Assembly: GCA_963663805.2 (NCBI GenBank)
Contig: CAXXMR010000012.1
Location: 541,462 to 605,461 of the forward strand
Length of the DNA stretch: 64,000 nt
Direction of reading: 5' to 3'
DNA from: Sedimentisphaerales bacterium
GTDB lineage: Bacteria; Planctomycetota; Phycisphaerae; Sedimentisphaerales; SM23-30
Below, in pieces: positions 8,488-19,323 of this stretch. The position numbers and the translations under genes were made by a program. Under the pieces are notes generated by a model, which was given only the letters and a program-made list of their open reading frames with translations, was not told the DNA's origin and did not search any database. How positions within the stretch are numbered: the stretch's first letter is position 1; every line of letters starts with the position of its first letter.

Positions 8488-10311
8488 TTATTTTTCCAGC
8501 TCAGCGTAAAGCTCAGCCACGATACGCTCAGCCCGACCCGCCGCCTCGTCGATGGCCACCAATTCCTTCTCAGCCTCACGACGCAGCTTGATTTCAACCT
8601 GACCTTCAGCCACACCCCGCGAACCAACCGTTATCCGAACCGGAATGCCCACCAGGTCCGCGTCCTTGAACTTAACCCCGCCCCGAATCGAACGGTCGTC
8701 CAGCAATACATCTATATCATCATCGAGCAACTGCTGATAAATCTTCTCTGCCGCCGACGTAACTTCATCATCGTTAGCGTTAGCCACCGTAATCAAAACT
8801 TCATAAGGAGCGATGCTAATCGGCCAGATAACCCCATTTTCGTCATTGCCAACCTCAATTGCCGATGCCATAATCCGGTTAATCCCAATACCATAGCAAC
8901 CCATAATACAAGGTTGACTCTTGCCGTTCTCGTCCAGATATGTAGCTTCCAGCTTGGCACTGTATTTCGTGCCCAGCTTGAACACCTGACCAACCTCGAT
9001 ACCACGCCGGAACAATAACGGCTGACCCTTGTAGGTGTCACCCTCAACAGCATTACGAATGTCCCTTATTATAACCTTCTCGCCTTCCAATGCGAAATCC
9101 CGACCCGGCACCACATTTTTAACGTGATAATCAGTCTTGTTCGCGCCCGTAACCCCCACCGGCAACGCCGCTACCCACGGGTCGACGATTAGCTTGACAA
9201 CATAGGGATGATCGGTCATTTGCATTGGACCAGCAAAACCAACAGCGGCACCAGTAAGTTCAATAATATCCTTTTCATCTGCTAAGCAAACACTTTCACC
9301 CGTGGCAATACGTAGTTTTTCTTCATTTACGTCATGGTCGCCACGCACAAGGGCTATATAGTAATTCTCCACATAGGCATTGGATGTAATAACCAGTCGT
9401 CCATCATGCTTCGCTTTTTCTTGACTGACTTGTTTTGCGGCATTTTCTGCAGATGTTCTGTAAATCAGCGTCTTAATCATTTCTTCAGGTTTGGTCTTCA
9501 AAAACCCGCAAACCGCTTCGATACTTCCTACCTGCGGAGTGTGTACTTCTGCCATAGCACCAGCGGCAGACTGCCCGCCGGAATCTTTAGGACCGTCTAC
9601 GTCAGCCTTCTCAATATTCGCCGCGTAAGAACCATCAGCCGTATAAACAATAACATCCTCGCCCGTCTCACAAGGTACCGTGAACTGATGCGAACCACTG
9701 CCGCCCATCTCGCCCGTTTCCGCCTCGACGATAACATACTCCACCCCGCAACGCTCGAAAATACGCTTGTAGGTGTCGTACATTATCCGGTAAGTTTCTT
9801 CCAGACTCTCTGGCGAGGCATGAAAACTGTAAGAGTCTTTCATAATAAATTCACGCGAACGCAGCACCCCGAACCGGGGCCGAAACTCATCCCGAAACTT
9901 AAAGCTCATCTGATAAAGGTTCAGCGGCAGTTGCTTATAAGAGTTAATCTCACAGCCCGCCACATAAGTAATCACCTCCTCAGCCGTGGGAGCCAGAACA
10001 TTCTCCCGACCATGCCGGTCCGTAAACCGACACATCGTCTCGCCGTAATCAACATCGCGACCCGTCCGCTGCCACAAATCTATCGGCTGTACTGCCGGCA
10101 ATAGCATCTCCTGGGCCCCCGCCGCGTCCATCTCAGCCCGTACGATACCCATAATCTTATTCAGTGTCCGCCAACCCAGGGGCAGATAGCTGTAAGTGCC
10201 GCTGGCCAATTTGCGAATGAACCCGCCCCGAATCATTAACTGGTGACTGGGTACCTCCGCGTCCGCGGGTACTTCCTTGACCGTAGGAATCAGCATCTTG
10301 CTCCACTTCAT
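8488..10311 (-). CDS. proS: Proline--tRNA ligase (with editing domain)
   Basis: SHQLMIRGG, FRDEFRPRFGVLRSREF, GIEVGQVFKLG, MGCYGIG, GVKFKDADLVG; true start MKWSK at 10311. Confidence 0.97.
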   Translation of the reverse strand: MKWSKMLIPTVKEVPADAEVPSHQLMIRGGFIRKLASGTYSYLPLGWRTLNKIMGIVRAEMDAAGAQEMLLPAVQPIDLWQRTGRDVDYGETMCRFTDRHGRENVLAPTAEEVITYVAGCEINSYKQLPLNLYQMSFKFRDEFRPRFGVLRSREFIMKDSYSFHASPESLEETYRIMYDTYKRIFERCGVEYVIVEAETGEMGGSGSHQFTVPCETGEDVIVYTADGSYAANIEKADVDGPKDSGGQSAAGAMAEVHTPQVGSIEAVCGFLKTKPEEMIKTLIYRTSAENAAKQVSQEKAKHDGRLVITSNAYVENYYIALVRGDHDVNEEKLRIATGESVCLADEKDIIELTGAAVGFAGPMQMTDHPYVVKLIVDPWVAALPVGVTGANKTDYHVKNVVPGRDFALEGEKVIIRDIRNAVEGDTYKGQPLLFRRGIEVGQVFKLGTKYSAKLEATYLDENGKSQPCIMGCYGIGINRIMASAIEVGNDENGVIWPISIAPYEVLITVANANDDEVTSAAEKIYQQLLDDDIDVLLDDRSIRGGVKFKDADLVGIPVRITVGSRGVAEGQVEIKLRREAEKELVAIDEAAGRAERIVAELYAELEK

Positions 10312-10574
10312 TATTTTTAAGCTCCATATCAGTGCCGCCGACCAACGCCCGCGGCAGTTAATCATACCAAATCTAAACCAGGTATTATAACCACAGAAAC
10401 CTTCACTCGACACCCAAAAACCCTTAGCCCGATTTTTGACTTTTTCCTGTTTTTTAAGCCTTATTCTTATTAAAAAGCACTGAAAATCAAAAAAAACACG
10501 AAAAAATCGCCAAAAATCAGTCACTTCGGGACAGAACGCGCTGCCACTAATACGCTAAACATCCACTTTATTGC

Positions 10575-10630
10575 TTGCCGAATCGACCAATTCAAACTAT
10601 AATACATATAAGGACTGATATAATTATCAG
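10575..10630 (+). promoter_or_regulatory. Sigma-70-type promoter with downstream palindrome
   Basis: TTGCCG-17bp-TATAAT (10575-10603) followed by CTGATA-TAAT-TATCAG (10615-10630). Confidence 0.55.
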
Positions 10631-10665
10631 CACATAAGTAACTGTATTTTAGAAAGTTAAGAAAA

Positions 10666-11418
10666 ATGCCAACTTCTTTCGGTTCACTTTGTGACGACTT
10701 TTACGTCAATATGAACCTCAATACCGAGCTGGATTTGCCCACCGGACGAGACACAATCCTCCATTTCTTCGAAAGAATCCAAAAACAATTCCCCACCATG
10801 AACACCTTCTACCAGCGGGAAACCGGCGAATTTTGCCTTGATGAAGATCGTGAATCTGGTTCCTACCGCTGGGTTTCCATCGAACAAAATCGCATATGCA
10901 GTGGTCTGGTAAATCCCGAATCGCTGGAGCAGGTTGACGAGCAGAATAAACTTATCCTGGACCTGGTAACCTACGCCTTAGGCGTCAGTTATCTTGATAT
11001 TGAGTCTTTGGATGTCATGTTCGGGATGGACTTCGACTATGCCGGCAACCACGACGAAATACTCGCTGAAGCCCTCTTTCCCAACAGCCCTTTTTCTTCC
11101 CTGCTAGAATTGGAACATGCCAAACCCCTCGGATTCGACCCTGCTATCCTTGTTAGTCTCAGCGAAGACTGCCGCACTCAGGCCCGAATCTCTTTCGAGT
11201 CCCGCACCGGCGCCTACCAGGTCCGTACCGGAAAATTCAAGGAAGACGACCAGCTCAGTCTCTATCTTTCTATCCGTCAGTATCCCGACCCGGAGATAAA
11301 GTTCAACAGCATGGAATCTTATGACAATCAGCGGAAAGCCTGTGCCGATATTATGGCCGAACGGGTAATCCCCTGCTTTGTCCAACCCATCCAGGATGCC
11401 ATCGGCCAAAGAAGATAA
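10666..11418 (+). CDS. Conserved hypothetical protein
   Basis: 250-aa ORF with its own promoter and globular composition (SLCDDFYVNMNLNTELDLP...); no function recognised. Confidence 0.8.
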   Translation: MPTSFGSLCDDFYVNMNLNTELDLPTGRDTILHFFERIQKQFPTMNTFYQRETGEFCLDEDRESGSYRWVSIEQNRICSGLVNPESLEQVDEQNKLILDLVTYALGVSYLDIESLDVMFGMDFDYAGNHDEILAEALFPNSPFSSLLELEHAKPLGFDPAILVSLSEDCRTQARISFESRTGAYQVRTGKFKEDDQLSLYLSIRQYPDPEIKFNSMESYDNQRKACADIMAERVIPCFVQPIQDAIGQRR

Positions 11419-11461
11419 CCCAAAAAAGGGTCGAATCTCTTTTTATCCCCCTCCAAAGCCA

Positions 11462-11503
11462 CAAAAAAACGCAAGCCCGGCGCGTTTTAAGGGCCAGGCT
11501 TGC
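11462..11503 (-). terminator. Rho-independent terminator (minus strand)
   Basis: GCAAGCCTGG...CCGGGCTTGC followed by GTTTTTTT. Confidence 0.75.
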
Positions 11504-11661
11504 CACTTTCGGTTTGGTGTGTACTTCGTTTGGACCGGCTTACCGGTCCGTACATCACCAACGGCTTATTGCCGCTAATTTTGGGCTGTGCCTCGCGACA
11601 CAGTCGTAAGGGTTGGGCTGGATATCAGCCCTGTAAATATGTAGTGCTCGTTGTGCCGCGT

Positions 11662-11688
11662 CTAAGCGCGACCAACCCAGTCAGTCAT
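11662..11688 (-). CDS. Candidate micro-ORF MTDWVGRA inside the structured RNA
   Basis: AGGGAGGT Shine-Dalgarno 6 nt before ATG ACT GAC TGG GTT GGT CGC GCT TAG. Confidence 0.35.
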   Translation of the reverse strand: MTDWVGRA

Positions 11689-11949
11689 AGGCATACCTCC
11701 CTAAAAAGAGGACCTATCCAAAAACCCCTCGGTACGCTACTAAACGAACGTCGGGTACAAATAACATCATTACAGGCTGCGTCACGCGTTCGACGCAACC
11801 TAACCTATGTTCTAACACGTCGCCAAACCACCACGATTCGACGTGACGTGATACGGTCAAAACTCAAAAAATCAGTTATAGGACGTTTGCTGTATTTCCT
11901 TTTCTCAATTAAACTTAAGAGATTTTTTTTCCTTTCTTTGACCACAAAT

Positions 11950-11978
11950 AATATAGCATATTAATCGACAAAAAGCAA
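11950..11978 (-). promoter_or_regulatory. Sigma-70-type promoter with extended -10
   Basis: TTGCTT-17bp-TATATT with TG immediately upstream (TGcTATATT). Confidence 0.65.
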
Positions 11979-12126
11979 GCGAATTGAGGCTTTTTTTAAC
12001 ACTAAATGGACCTGCCAAATTTTCACTTTGTTCTCCCTGGCCTTATTACTTGCTTTTCCCCAACTTAACCGCCATCATATACACCCGGAATGTTGGACAA
12101 ACAGGACAAATGCAGGAGAACCTCAA

Positions 12127-12609
12127 ATGGCAGTCATAGCAACCGGCAGCAAATTTAGTGCCCAGAATTGGCTTATCACCGCCGCGGCCTGTATTGTTTT
12201 CGCGGGCTGGTTTGCCTACGATGGTTGGGGCAACAAAGAATACCAGGCCAAGGAAACCCGCGAGGACGGCACGCCCACGGTGAATCTGCTTTTCAACCGT
12301 TACGCCCCCATCCCTCTGGTGATAGTTGTGGTGGTTTCGCTGATTTGCTCTGCCAAGGTGAAAAAGAAAAAAATCAGGGCTGACGATAACGGCATAACCC
12401 TCGCCAATGGTGATACTTTCGCTTATGGCGATATAACCAGGATTGACAAAAGAAATTTTGAGAAGGGCGGTGCATTTTACGTCGAGTACAAACAAAACAA
12501 TAGTACCCAGACAGCCAAATTTGATGACAGAAAATTCGACAATCTGGGTTTACTGCTCGACGAAATCATAAAACAATCCGGAGCCCAGCCCGAAAAACCG
12601 GCGGAATAA
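12127..12609 (+). CDS. Hypothetical two-TM membrane protein
   Basis: AGGAGA RBS before ATG 12127; two hydrophobic segments and a beta-rich soluble C-terminus. Confidence 0.75.
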   Translation: MAVIATGSKFSAQNWLITAAACIVFAGWFAYDGWGNKEYQAKETREDGTPTVNLLFNRYAPIPLVIVVVVSLICSAKVKKKKIRADDNGITLANGDTFAYGDITRIDKRNFEKGGAFYVEYKQNNSTQTAKFDDRKFDNLGLLLDEIIKQSGAQPEKPAE

Positions 12610-12624
12610 TTCTAGCCTGTTAAT

Positions 12625-14775
12625 ATGTCTGATTCCCAAACATATAATTTGAAGCCCGATGACAAAATACAATTCCTCAAAGGGGTCGGTCCCCGCCGCG
12701 CTCAGGTTTTTGCGCGTATGGGTATTCATACCGTTACCGACCTGATTGAACATTATCCGCGTAACTATGATTTTCTTCCGCCGCTGACACTGATAGAAGA
12801 ACTCAACCCCGACCACAATGTAACCGTGGTTGGCCAGGTCGCCGCGATTGATTTTAAGCGTCGCAGTCGGCCGCCTAAACTGGATATCAAATTGCGTGAC
12901 AGTACCGGGACCTGCCCGGTGGTATTTTTCAATGGGCAATATCTCAAAGACAAATTCCTGCCCGGCGATATGCTGGCGATATGGGGCAAGGTTTCTAAAT
13001 ATCGTGACAATCTCCAGTTTACCAATCCGCGGTTTATTCAACTGGAATCTGCTGAAGAACTGCTTCAGCACGAAAAAGTCGGTCGTCCCGTTTATCCTGC
13101 CACGACAGACTTATCGTCTCTGGAAATCACGCGGGTTATAAGTAATTCACTTGAGGCAATGGTACAGACTGTGGCTGAGCGTTACGACGAACCATATCGC
13201 AAGAAAAGAAAGCTACCGACGCGTCGACAGTCTTTCCAATGGATACATCAACCTCCTGACGAAGAAGCGATCCTTCAGGCTCGTCGCAGTCTGGCTTATG
13301 ATGAACTGCTGCTGATGGAGCTGGGTATTGCCCTGAAGCGTGAGAAAATCAAACGCACTCAGCCAGCTTGGCCGTTCCCGATAGATGACAATATCGACAG
13401 CCGCATCCGCAAGTTATTTCCGTTTATTCTCACTGAGGACCAGGATACGGTTATCGACGAAATTTGCGAGGATATGGGCCAATCGGAACCGATGAATCGT
13501 CTGCTGCAAGGTGATGTGGGGGCAGGTAAAACCGTGGTCGCACTTTATGCGGCTCTGCTGGCGGTCAGTCATCATGCTCAGGTTGCGATTATGGCACCTA
13601 CCGAAATTCTCGCGGAGCAGCATTCTCTCAGTATCGAAAAATTTCTCGGCGAAAGCAAGGTCAAACGCATGTTGCTCACCGGCGGCTTGACCGGTAAACA
13701 GCGTGCCGCTCAGTTGGCCCCGATTGCTGCTGGCGAAATTGATATTGTCGTGGGCACTCAGGCTTTACTCCAGAAAGATGTAAAGTTTCAGAAACTGGGC
13801 CTGGTTGTCATCGACGAGCAGCATAAATTTGGTGTGCAGCAGCGGCAGGACATTCGCGGCAAGAATCTCGCGCCGCATTATCTGGTTATGACCGCTACGC
13901 CTATTCCCCGTACGCTGGGCATGACGGTTTTTGGTGATTTGGACATTTCGATTATCAAACAGCTGCCGCCCGGTCGCCGCGAGGTGGTTACTTCCTGGAT
14001 AAATGATGGAGCCCGTGCCAAGGCTTACGAATCCATCCGCAAACAAATCCAGCTTGGTCGTCAGGCGTATTTTGTTTATCCGCGGGTTGAAGATACCGCG
14101 CCGGATTACGATGAAGACGGCAATCTGATTCCCATTGACCCCGAACAGATTGCCATGTTCCAGCTCAAGGCCGCGGTGGCCGAGCATGAGATACTCCAGA
14201 ACGAAGTTTTTCCGGAGTTCAAGGTTGGCTTGCTGCACGGTCGTATGGAGCGTGAACAAAAACAGCAAATCATGGAACAATTCCGGGCTGGTGAGATTCA
14301 GATTCTGGTCGCTACTGTGGTTATCGAAGTTGGTGTCGATGTACCCAACGCGACTATCATGGTTGTCGAACACGCCGACCGCTTCGGTCTTTCCCAGCTG
14401 CATCAGTTGCGCGGTCGTATTGGTCGTGGTTCACTTCAGTCTTACTGTCTGCTGTTTGGGCAGCCGCGTAATGAGGTAGCTCAAAAACGTCTGGAGATTC
14501 TAACTCGGACCAACGATGGTTTTCTCATTGCTGAAGAAGACCTGCGTATCAGGGGCCCCGGCGAAATTTTCGGTACGGCCCAGCACGGCTTGCCTAATCT
14601 CAAGATAGCGGATATTCTGCGTGACACCGATTTGCTGCGAATGGCCCGGCGGGACGCTTTTGAGATAGCCGCTCAGGACCCGCAACTCAGACAAGACACC
14701 CCCAGTCGCCGGGAGTTGCGTCGTGCTCTTATCCAGCAGTTCGGTCCGACTCTGAAACTCGGAGATGTGGGATGA
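12625..14775 (+). CDS. recG: ATP-dependent DNA helicase RecG
   Basis: [49 protein letters not shown]. Confidence 0.97.
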   Translation: MSDSQTYNLKPDDKIQFLKGVGPRRAQVFARMGIHTVTDLIEHYPRNYDFLPPLTLIEELNPDHNVTVVGQVAAIDFKRRSRPPKLDIKLRDSTGTCPVVFFNGQYLKDKFLPGDMLAIWGKVSKYRDNLQFTNPRFIQLESAEELLQHEKVGRPVYPATTDLSSLEITRVISNSLEAMVQTVAERYDEPYRKKRKLPTRRQSFQWIHQPPDEEAILQARRSLAYDELLLMELGIALKREKIKRTQPAWPFPIDDNIDSRIRKLFPFILTEDQDTVIDEICEDMGQSEPMNRLLQGDVGAGKTVVALYAALLAVSHHAQVAIMAPTEILAEQHSLSIEKFLGESKVKRMLLTGGLTGKQRAAQLAPIAAGEIDIVVGTQALLQKDVKFQKLGLVVIDEQHKFGVQQRQDIRGKNLAPHYLVMTATPIPRTLGMTVFGDLDISIIKQLPPGRREVVTSWINDGARAKAYESIRKQIQLGRQAYFVYPRVEDTAPDYDEDGNLIPIDPEQIAMFQLKAAVAEHEILQNEVFPEFKVGLLHGRMEREQKQQIMEQFRAGEIQILVATVVIEVGVDVPNATIMVVEHADRFGLSQLHQLRGRIGRGSLQSYCLLFGQPRNEVAQKRLEILTRTNDGFLIAEEDLRIRGPGEIFGTAQHGLPNLKIADILRDTDLLRMARRDAFEIAAQDPQLRQDTPSRRELRRALIQQFGPTLKLGDVG

Positions 14776-16526
14776 ACAATATAAAAAAAAGCAATAAACC
14801 CCATCGCGACTTTCTGTTCGCGGTATTGACTTGCCTGGCACTTTTGGCGGGTGTTTCCGCGTTGGCCGCCGATTATGGTTTTCGTCATCTTGCCGTTCCG
14901 GAATTTTTACTCCACACGATACAAATTTTTGCCACGACTTTATTAATCGTCAGCAGGATTCACAACCTGGCCCGCCATTCCTGGGCGACACTTTTGAGTC
15001 GGCGGGTACTTTTAGATGTAACTCTGCTGCTTACGACCGCTATAGCGCTGATCGTTGACTATCCGAATAACACCTGGCCGGTAATTCATCTTTATCTGCT
15101 CATACTCATTTTATTGCGTGTCGGTCGAATTACTCTGACCCTTACCGCTGCGGTACAGTCGCCCACGCGCGTGCTGCTGTTAAGTTTCAGCGCGATTATT
15201 TTCGCCGGGGCGATTCTGCTCATGCTGCCGACCTCTCATAATAATTCCATGTCCTTTACGGATGCGGTTTTTACTTCCACCAGTGCCACTTGTGTTACCG
15301 GCCTGATAGTAAAGGACACGCCCCACGATTTCACCCGTCAGGGCCAAACGATTATCCTTTTTCTCATGCAAATCGGCGGTCTGGGCATCATGATTTTCGG
15401 TGCGGTTTTTTCGCTGCTGATGGGCTCGTCCCTGTCATTTCGTGAGACCGCCGCGATGGGCGACCTTATGAGCGAGCAGACTCCCGCGCGTATTGGCCGT
15501 ATCGTTTTATTTATTTTCGCGTTTACTTTCGCTGCCGAGCTACTGGGTGTCTTTGCTTTGCAGGGACTATGGCCCGAAAGTTATTTCCGCAACGCGTCCT
15601 GGTTCAAGAGTATTTTTCATTCTGTCAGTGCTTTTTGCAATGCCGGTTTCGCTTTGCAGTCCGACAGCCTGATGTCTTTTCGCGATAAGATTCGTCCTTA
15701 CGCGGTAATATGTCCGCTGATAATTATCGGTGGATTGGGTTTTCCCGTTCTACATAATCTTAATGAACTGACCGCCTGGAAATTTCACAAACTCTACCTC
15801 CGTTTGCGTTATATCTTTTTCGCCCAGTCCCGCTATCCCCAGCGTCCGCCTACCCGCCTGACCCTGCAAAGCAAACTTGTATTGATAACCACCGCGGTCC
15901 TTCTTCTTAGCGGCACGGGTGTTTTTTTCCTGCTGGAATTCCATCGTTCCGATAGTTCTCTGGTCATGACTTTGTGGGACAGCTTCTTCAATGCCGTCAC
16001 CGCCCGTACCGCCGGGTTTAACACTGTTGATATGGCGTCCCTGTCCCCGCCGGCGAAATTTTTTCTTATCCTGCTCATGTCTATCGGCGGTTCACCCAGT
16101 TCCTCCGCCGGCGGTATCAAAACCGTTACCCTGGCGGTCATGTTCCTGGCGATTTATAACACTATTTGCCGCCGCGAAAATGTTGAGGCCTTCAAGCGAA
16201 CTATTCCCACCATGATTATCCGTCGCAGTTTTATGCTCATGCTGCTTTATTCACTCATTCTTATCGCCGCGGTCATAACCCTGATGGTTGTCGAAGCCCC
16301 AACCCACCACGACTCGCTCGATTTGCTTTTTGAATCTGCCTCAGCCTTGGGCACGGTAGGGCTCAGCACCGGTATTACGCCGCACCTGAGTACCGCCGGC
16401 AAGTGGATTATTATCATTACCATGTTCGCCGGGCGACTGGGTCCCTTGAGTTTGCTTGCCGCGGTCACCGTCAGCGCCCGCACGCCGCGTTATAATTATC
16501 CGATTGAAGAACTGGCCGTGGGCTAA
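14772..16526 (+). CDS. Trk/Ktr K+ uptake membrane subunit (TrkH/KtrB family)
   Basis: [31 protein letters not shown] selectivity-filter repeats. Confidence 0.93.
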   Translation: MNNIKKSNKPHRDFLFAVLTCLALLAGVSALAADYGFRHLAVPEFLLHTIQIFATTLLIVSRIHNLARHSWATLLSRRVLLDVTLLLTTAIALIVDYPNNTWPVIHLYLLILILLRVGRITLTLTAAVQSPTRVLLLSFSAIIFAGAILLMLPTSHNNSMSFTDAVFTSTSATCVTGLIVKDTPHDFTRQGQTIILFLMQIGGLGIMIFGAVFSLLMGSSLSFRETAAMGDLMSEQTPARIGRIVLFIFAFTFAAELLGVFALQGLWPESYFRNASWFKSIFHSVSAFCNAGFALQSDSLMSFRDKIRPYAVICPLIIIGGLGFPVLHNLNELTAWKFHKLYLRLRYIFFAQSRYPQRPPTRLTLQSKLVLITTAVLLLSGTGVFFLLEFHRSDSSLVMTLWDSFFNAVTARTAGFNTVDMASLSPPAKFFLILLMSIGGSPSSSAGGIKTVTLAVMFLAIYNTICRRENVEAFKRTIPTMIIRRSFMLMLLYSLILIAAVITLMVVEAPTHHDSLDLLFESASALGTVGLSTGITPHLSTAGKWIIIITMFAGRLGPLSLLAAVTVSARTPRYNYPIEELAVG

Positions 16527-16567
16527 CCGAACAAATAAATTATGTGTCGGCATAAAGGAATATTCAA

Positions 16568-17242
16568 ATGAGAAAATTTGCTGTTATTGGATTAGGCCGT
16601 TTTGGGATGCAGTTGGCCCGCACTCTGGCCCGCGCCGGTTTCGAGGTCATTGCCATCGACAAAGATCGCAAGCTCATCGATGAAATCAGTCCCGAAGTTT
16701 CCGTTGCTGTGCGGCTGGACAGCACCGACGAAGAAGCACTCCGCGCTCAGGGTGTCGATAAAGTCGATGTCGCTGTGGTAGGTATCGGCCAGGCTTTTCA
16801 GGCTAATATTCTCACCGCCATGCTGATAAAATCTTTTGGTGTTGCCAATGTTTACTGTCGGGCTGAGCAGGAAACCCAGGGTGAGATTTTACGCCGACTG
16901 GGTGCCGACGCGATAATTTTCCCTGAACATGAAAGTGCCCAGCGCTGGGCCTTCAAACTCATGGTTCCGCAAATCTCCGAGAAACTGGAATTCGCCGAAG
17001 GCTACTCTCTGGCTCAGTATCAGGCCCCGGCATCCTTCAATGGCAAAACAATTATAGAACTAAACCTTCGTCAGAAATTTCGTGTGAACCTCATCGGCTT
17101 GCGCCGTGCCGAAGCTGGAGCCGACCCGAAACAGGTTCGCAAAATAGTTAATGTACCTTTGCCAGAAACTATTGTTTATGAAAACGACATGCTCTGGCTG
17201 GTCGGCTCCGATGAAGACCTCACTAACCTGCCTCAGAAGTAA
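16568..17242 (+). CDS. Trk/Ktr K+ uptake regulatory subunit (TrkA/KtrA family)
   Basis: FAVIGLGRFG Rossmann RCK-N plus RCK-C; adjacent to the membrane subunit. Confidence 0.93.
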   Translation: MRKFAVIGLGRFGMQLARTLARAGFEVIAIDKDRKLIDEISPEVSVAVRLDSTDEEALRAQGVDKVDVAVVGIGQAFQANILTAMLIKSFGVANVYCRAEQETQGEILRRLGADAIIFPEHESAQRWAFKLMVPQISEKLEFAEGYSLAQYQAPASFNGKTIIELNLRQKFRVNLIGLRRAEAGADPKQVRKIVNVPLPETIVYENDMLWLVGSDEDLTNLPQK

Positions 17243-17316
17243 TCATGCTCTGATTTGCTTTTCGGTAAATTTTTGCTACAATGGCTACTTGAATATTTTG
17301 ACCGTGGAAAACTGAT

Positions 17317-18339
17317 ATGGCTGAAACAATTATTTTAGGACTGGAAAGCTCATGTGACGAAACCGCCGCGGCTTTGGTGAGCGACGGCAGGTGTGTGCTT
17401 AGTTCGGTTATCGCTTCCCAGGCCAAGCTCCACGAAGAGTATGGCGGAGTTGTGCCCGAAATCGCCGCTCGCGCCCATATCGAAAACATCGTCCCTGTTT
17501 TGCGTCGGACTTTCGAGTCGGTTGATATTACCCCCGGCCGCATCTCCGCTATCGCGGTAGCTAACAGTCCCGGCCTCGTGCCTTCGCTGGTCATTGCCGT
17601 TACTGCTGCCAAAGCCTTGGCCTGGGCCTGGCAGAAACCGCTTATTGCCGTCAACCATGTCCATGCTCATCTTCAATCCGTGATGCTCGAACAGTACATC
17701 GATTGTTTCCCGGCGGTGGCTTTGGTGGTTTCCGGTGGACACACGAGTTTGTATAATTGCCGCAATCCGCTGGAGCTGGAGCTTATCGGCTCTACGCTCG
17801 ACGACGCTGCCGGCGAAGCCTTCGACAAGGTTGCTCAGATTCTCCATCTGTCATATCCCGGCGGACCATCTATCGAAAAAGCAGCTCGTGAAGGTAGTCC
17901 CAAAGCCTGTAATTTTCCGCGTACCATGCTCGCTAAAGATTCTCTGGATTTTTCCTTTAGCGGAATCAAAACCGCTGTGCTCTATCATTGCCGCGGCCAA
18001 AATATGCTCGGCGAGGATAAAGTAAACGAAATGACCCCGCGGGAAATTGCCGATGTGGCCGCTTCATTTCAGGCTGCCGCGGTCGATGTTCTGGTCCGCA
18101 AAACCATGCGGGCCCTGGATAAGACTCAGGCTCGAACCGTTCTGCTCGGAGGCGGCGTGGCGGCTAACTCTTTACTGCGCGAGGAAATGACCCAGGCTTG
18201 TAAAAAGAGGGACATAAAACTGGTAATCACCGAGAAAAAATACTGCACTGATAACGCCGCTATGGTCGCCGGCCTGGCTTATCATAAATTCAAAGCCGGC
18301 ATGTTCGCGGATTTAACCCTTGAACCCAAACCCGCCTGA
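17317..18339 (+). CDS. tsaD: tRNA N6-threonylcarbamoyltransferase TsaD
   Basis: LGLESSCDET, GGVVPEIAAR.H, NHVHAH, VSGGHT, DDAAGEAFDK, CTDNAAM. Confidence 0.97.
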   Translation: MAETIILGLESSCDETAAALVSDGRCVLSSVIASQAKLHEEYGGVVPEIAARAHIENIVPVLRRTFESVDITPGRISAIAVANSPGLVPSLVIAVTAAKALAWAWQKPLIAVNHVHAHLQSVMLEQYIDCFPAVALVVSGGHTSLYNCRNPLELELIGSTLDDAAGEAFDKVAQILHLSYPGGPSIEKAAREGSPKACNFPRTMLAKDSLDFSFSGIKTAVLYHCRGQNMLGEDKVNEMTPREIADVAASFQAAAVDVLVRKTMRALDKTQARTVLLGGGVAANSLLREEMTQACKKRDIKLVITEKKYCTDNAAMVAGLAYHKFKAGMFADLTLEPKPA

Positions 18340-19296
18340 GTGAATCACCATTTCGGCAAGTTCGATCAACCCCTCCCGCAGTTCGACCGGACCATGGTCC
18401 CCGATTGAAGTTCGGGCCTGCTCGATAAAGTCACCGGCCCGTTGTCGGGCTTGTTTGACACTGCCGCCGGTACGCACCTTATCGCGTAACTCCCGTATAT
18501 CATCTTTTCGCTGACCCGACAAAACATCCTGAGCCCATTGTCTTTCCTGAACAGAACACGATTTCAAATAATAAATCAGCGGTAGTGTTATTTTTTCTTT
18601 TTCCAGGTCCGTCCCCAATGTCTTGCCGGCCTGACGCTCGTCACCTGCCAAATCCGTTACGTCATCCATAATCTGAAACGCCGTTCCTAACGCCTGGCCA
18701 TATTCGCCCAGCGCCGCACAGGTTTCCTGTTTGGCACCGGCTATTTCTCCGCCCAGCTCGCAGCTTATCGCCATCAGCCGCCCGGTTTTCTTACCGATAA
18801 TTTCCAGATACCGTTCTTCGCTAAGAGCGTGATAACCTCGATAATACAATTGCAGCAGTTCCCCTTCACAAACCGCGCTGGTCGCCGCCGCCAGCAGTCG
18901 CGCCCAGTCCGCCCGAGCCAGAGAACTGAACAATAAGAACGCCCGAGCCAACAATAGGTCCCCCAGCATCACCGCGGTTTCGTTCCCCCACAGCGCATTT
19001 ACGGTGGCCCCGCGACGACGCGTTTCGGCCTCGTCCAGCACATCATCATGCACCAGCGTGGCCATATGAATCATCTCCACCACCGCCCCCGCCACTCGAT
19101 GTTCATGAACTACTCCGCCGCAGAGTTTGCCGCACAGCAGTACCAGTACGGGCCGCAGCATTTTGCCCCGAAATTTACCCACCTGCTCCAGAAAATCCGC
19201 AATCGCAGGTTCGTCAGCAGCCAAAGCGTCGGCGAAAATCTCTCGCACCCCCTCCAGTTCCTCAGCTACCGTGTCATAAACATGATATAGGCTCAT
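18313..19296 (-). CDS. Polyprenyl diphosphate synthase
   Basis: GKMLRP, LVHDDVLD, RRG, FQIMDD, GKTLGTD. Confidence 0.94.
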   Translation of the reverse strand: MSLYHVYDTVAEELEGVREIFADALAADEPAIADFLEQVGKFRGKMLRPVLVLLCGKLCGGVVHEHRVAGAVVEMIHMATLVHDDVLDEAETRRRGATVNALWGNETAVMLGDLLLARAFLLFSSLARADWARLLAAATSAVCEGELLQLYYRGYHALSEERYLEIIGKKTGRLMAISCELGGEIAGAKQETCAALGEYGQALGTAFQIMDDVTDLAGDERQAGKTLGTDLEKEKITLPLIYYLKSCSVQERQWAQDVLSGQRKDDIRELRDKVRTGGSVKQARQRAGDFIEQARTSIGDHGPVELREGLIELAEMVIHSGGFGFKG

Positions 19297-19323
19297 CCCG
19301 GCCCCATTTTTTCTGACGTGAAA

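Larger units (their letters stand above)
11462..11943 (-). ncRNA. Candidate ~480-nt structured RNA of unknown class
   Basis: Promoter at 11950-11978, intrinsic terminator at 11462-11503, at least seven hairpins in between, no long ORF on this strand. Confidence 0.6.

Noticed and set aside
10312..10524. 71-aa N-terminal extension of ProRS in the ORF track
   Set aside because: Runs through AT-rich promoter DNA; the ProRS-like sequence begins at MKWSK (10311)
11462..11943. tmRNA, RNase P RNA, SRP or tRNA identity for the structured RNA
   Set aside because: No tRNA-like ends or T-loop/CCA, no GAGGAAAGUCC, no SRP loop motif seen by eye; an Rfam scan is still needed
11500..11964. 154-aa plus-strand ORF
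   Set aside because: TTG start with no RBS, unnatural composition, antisense to a promoter-terminator-bounded structured RNA
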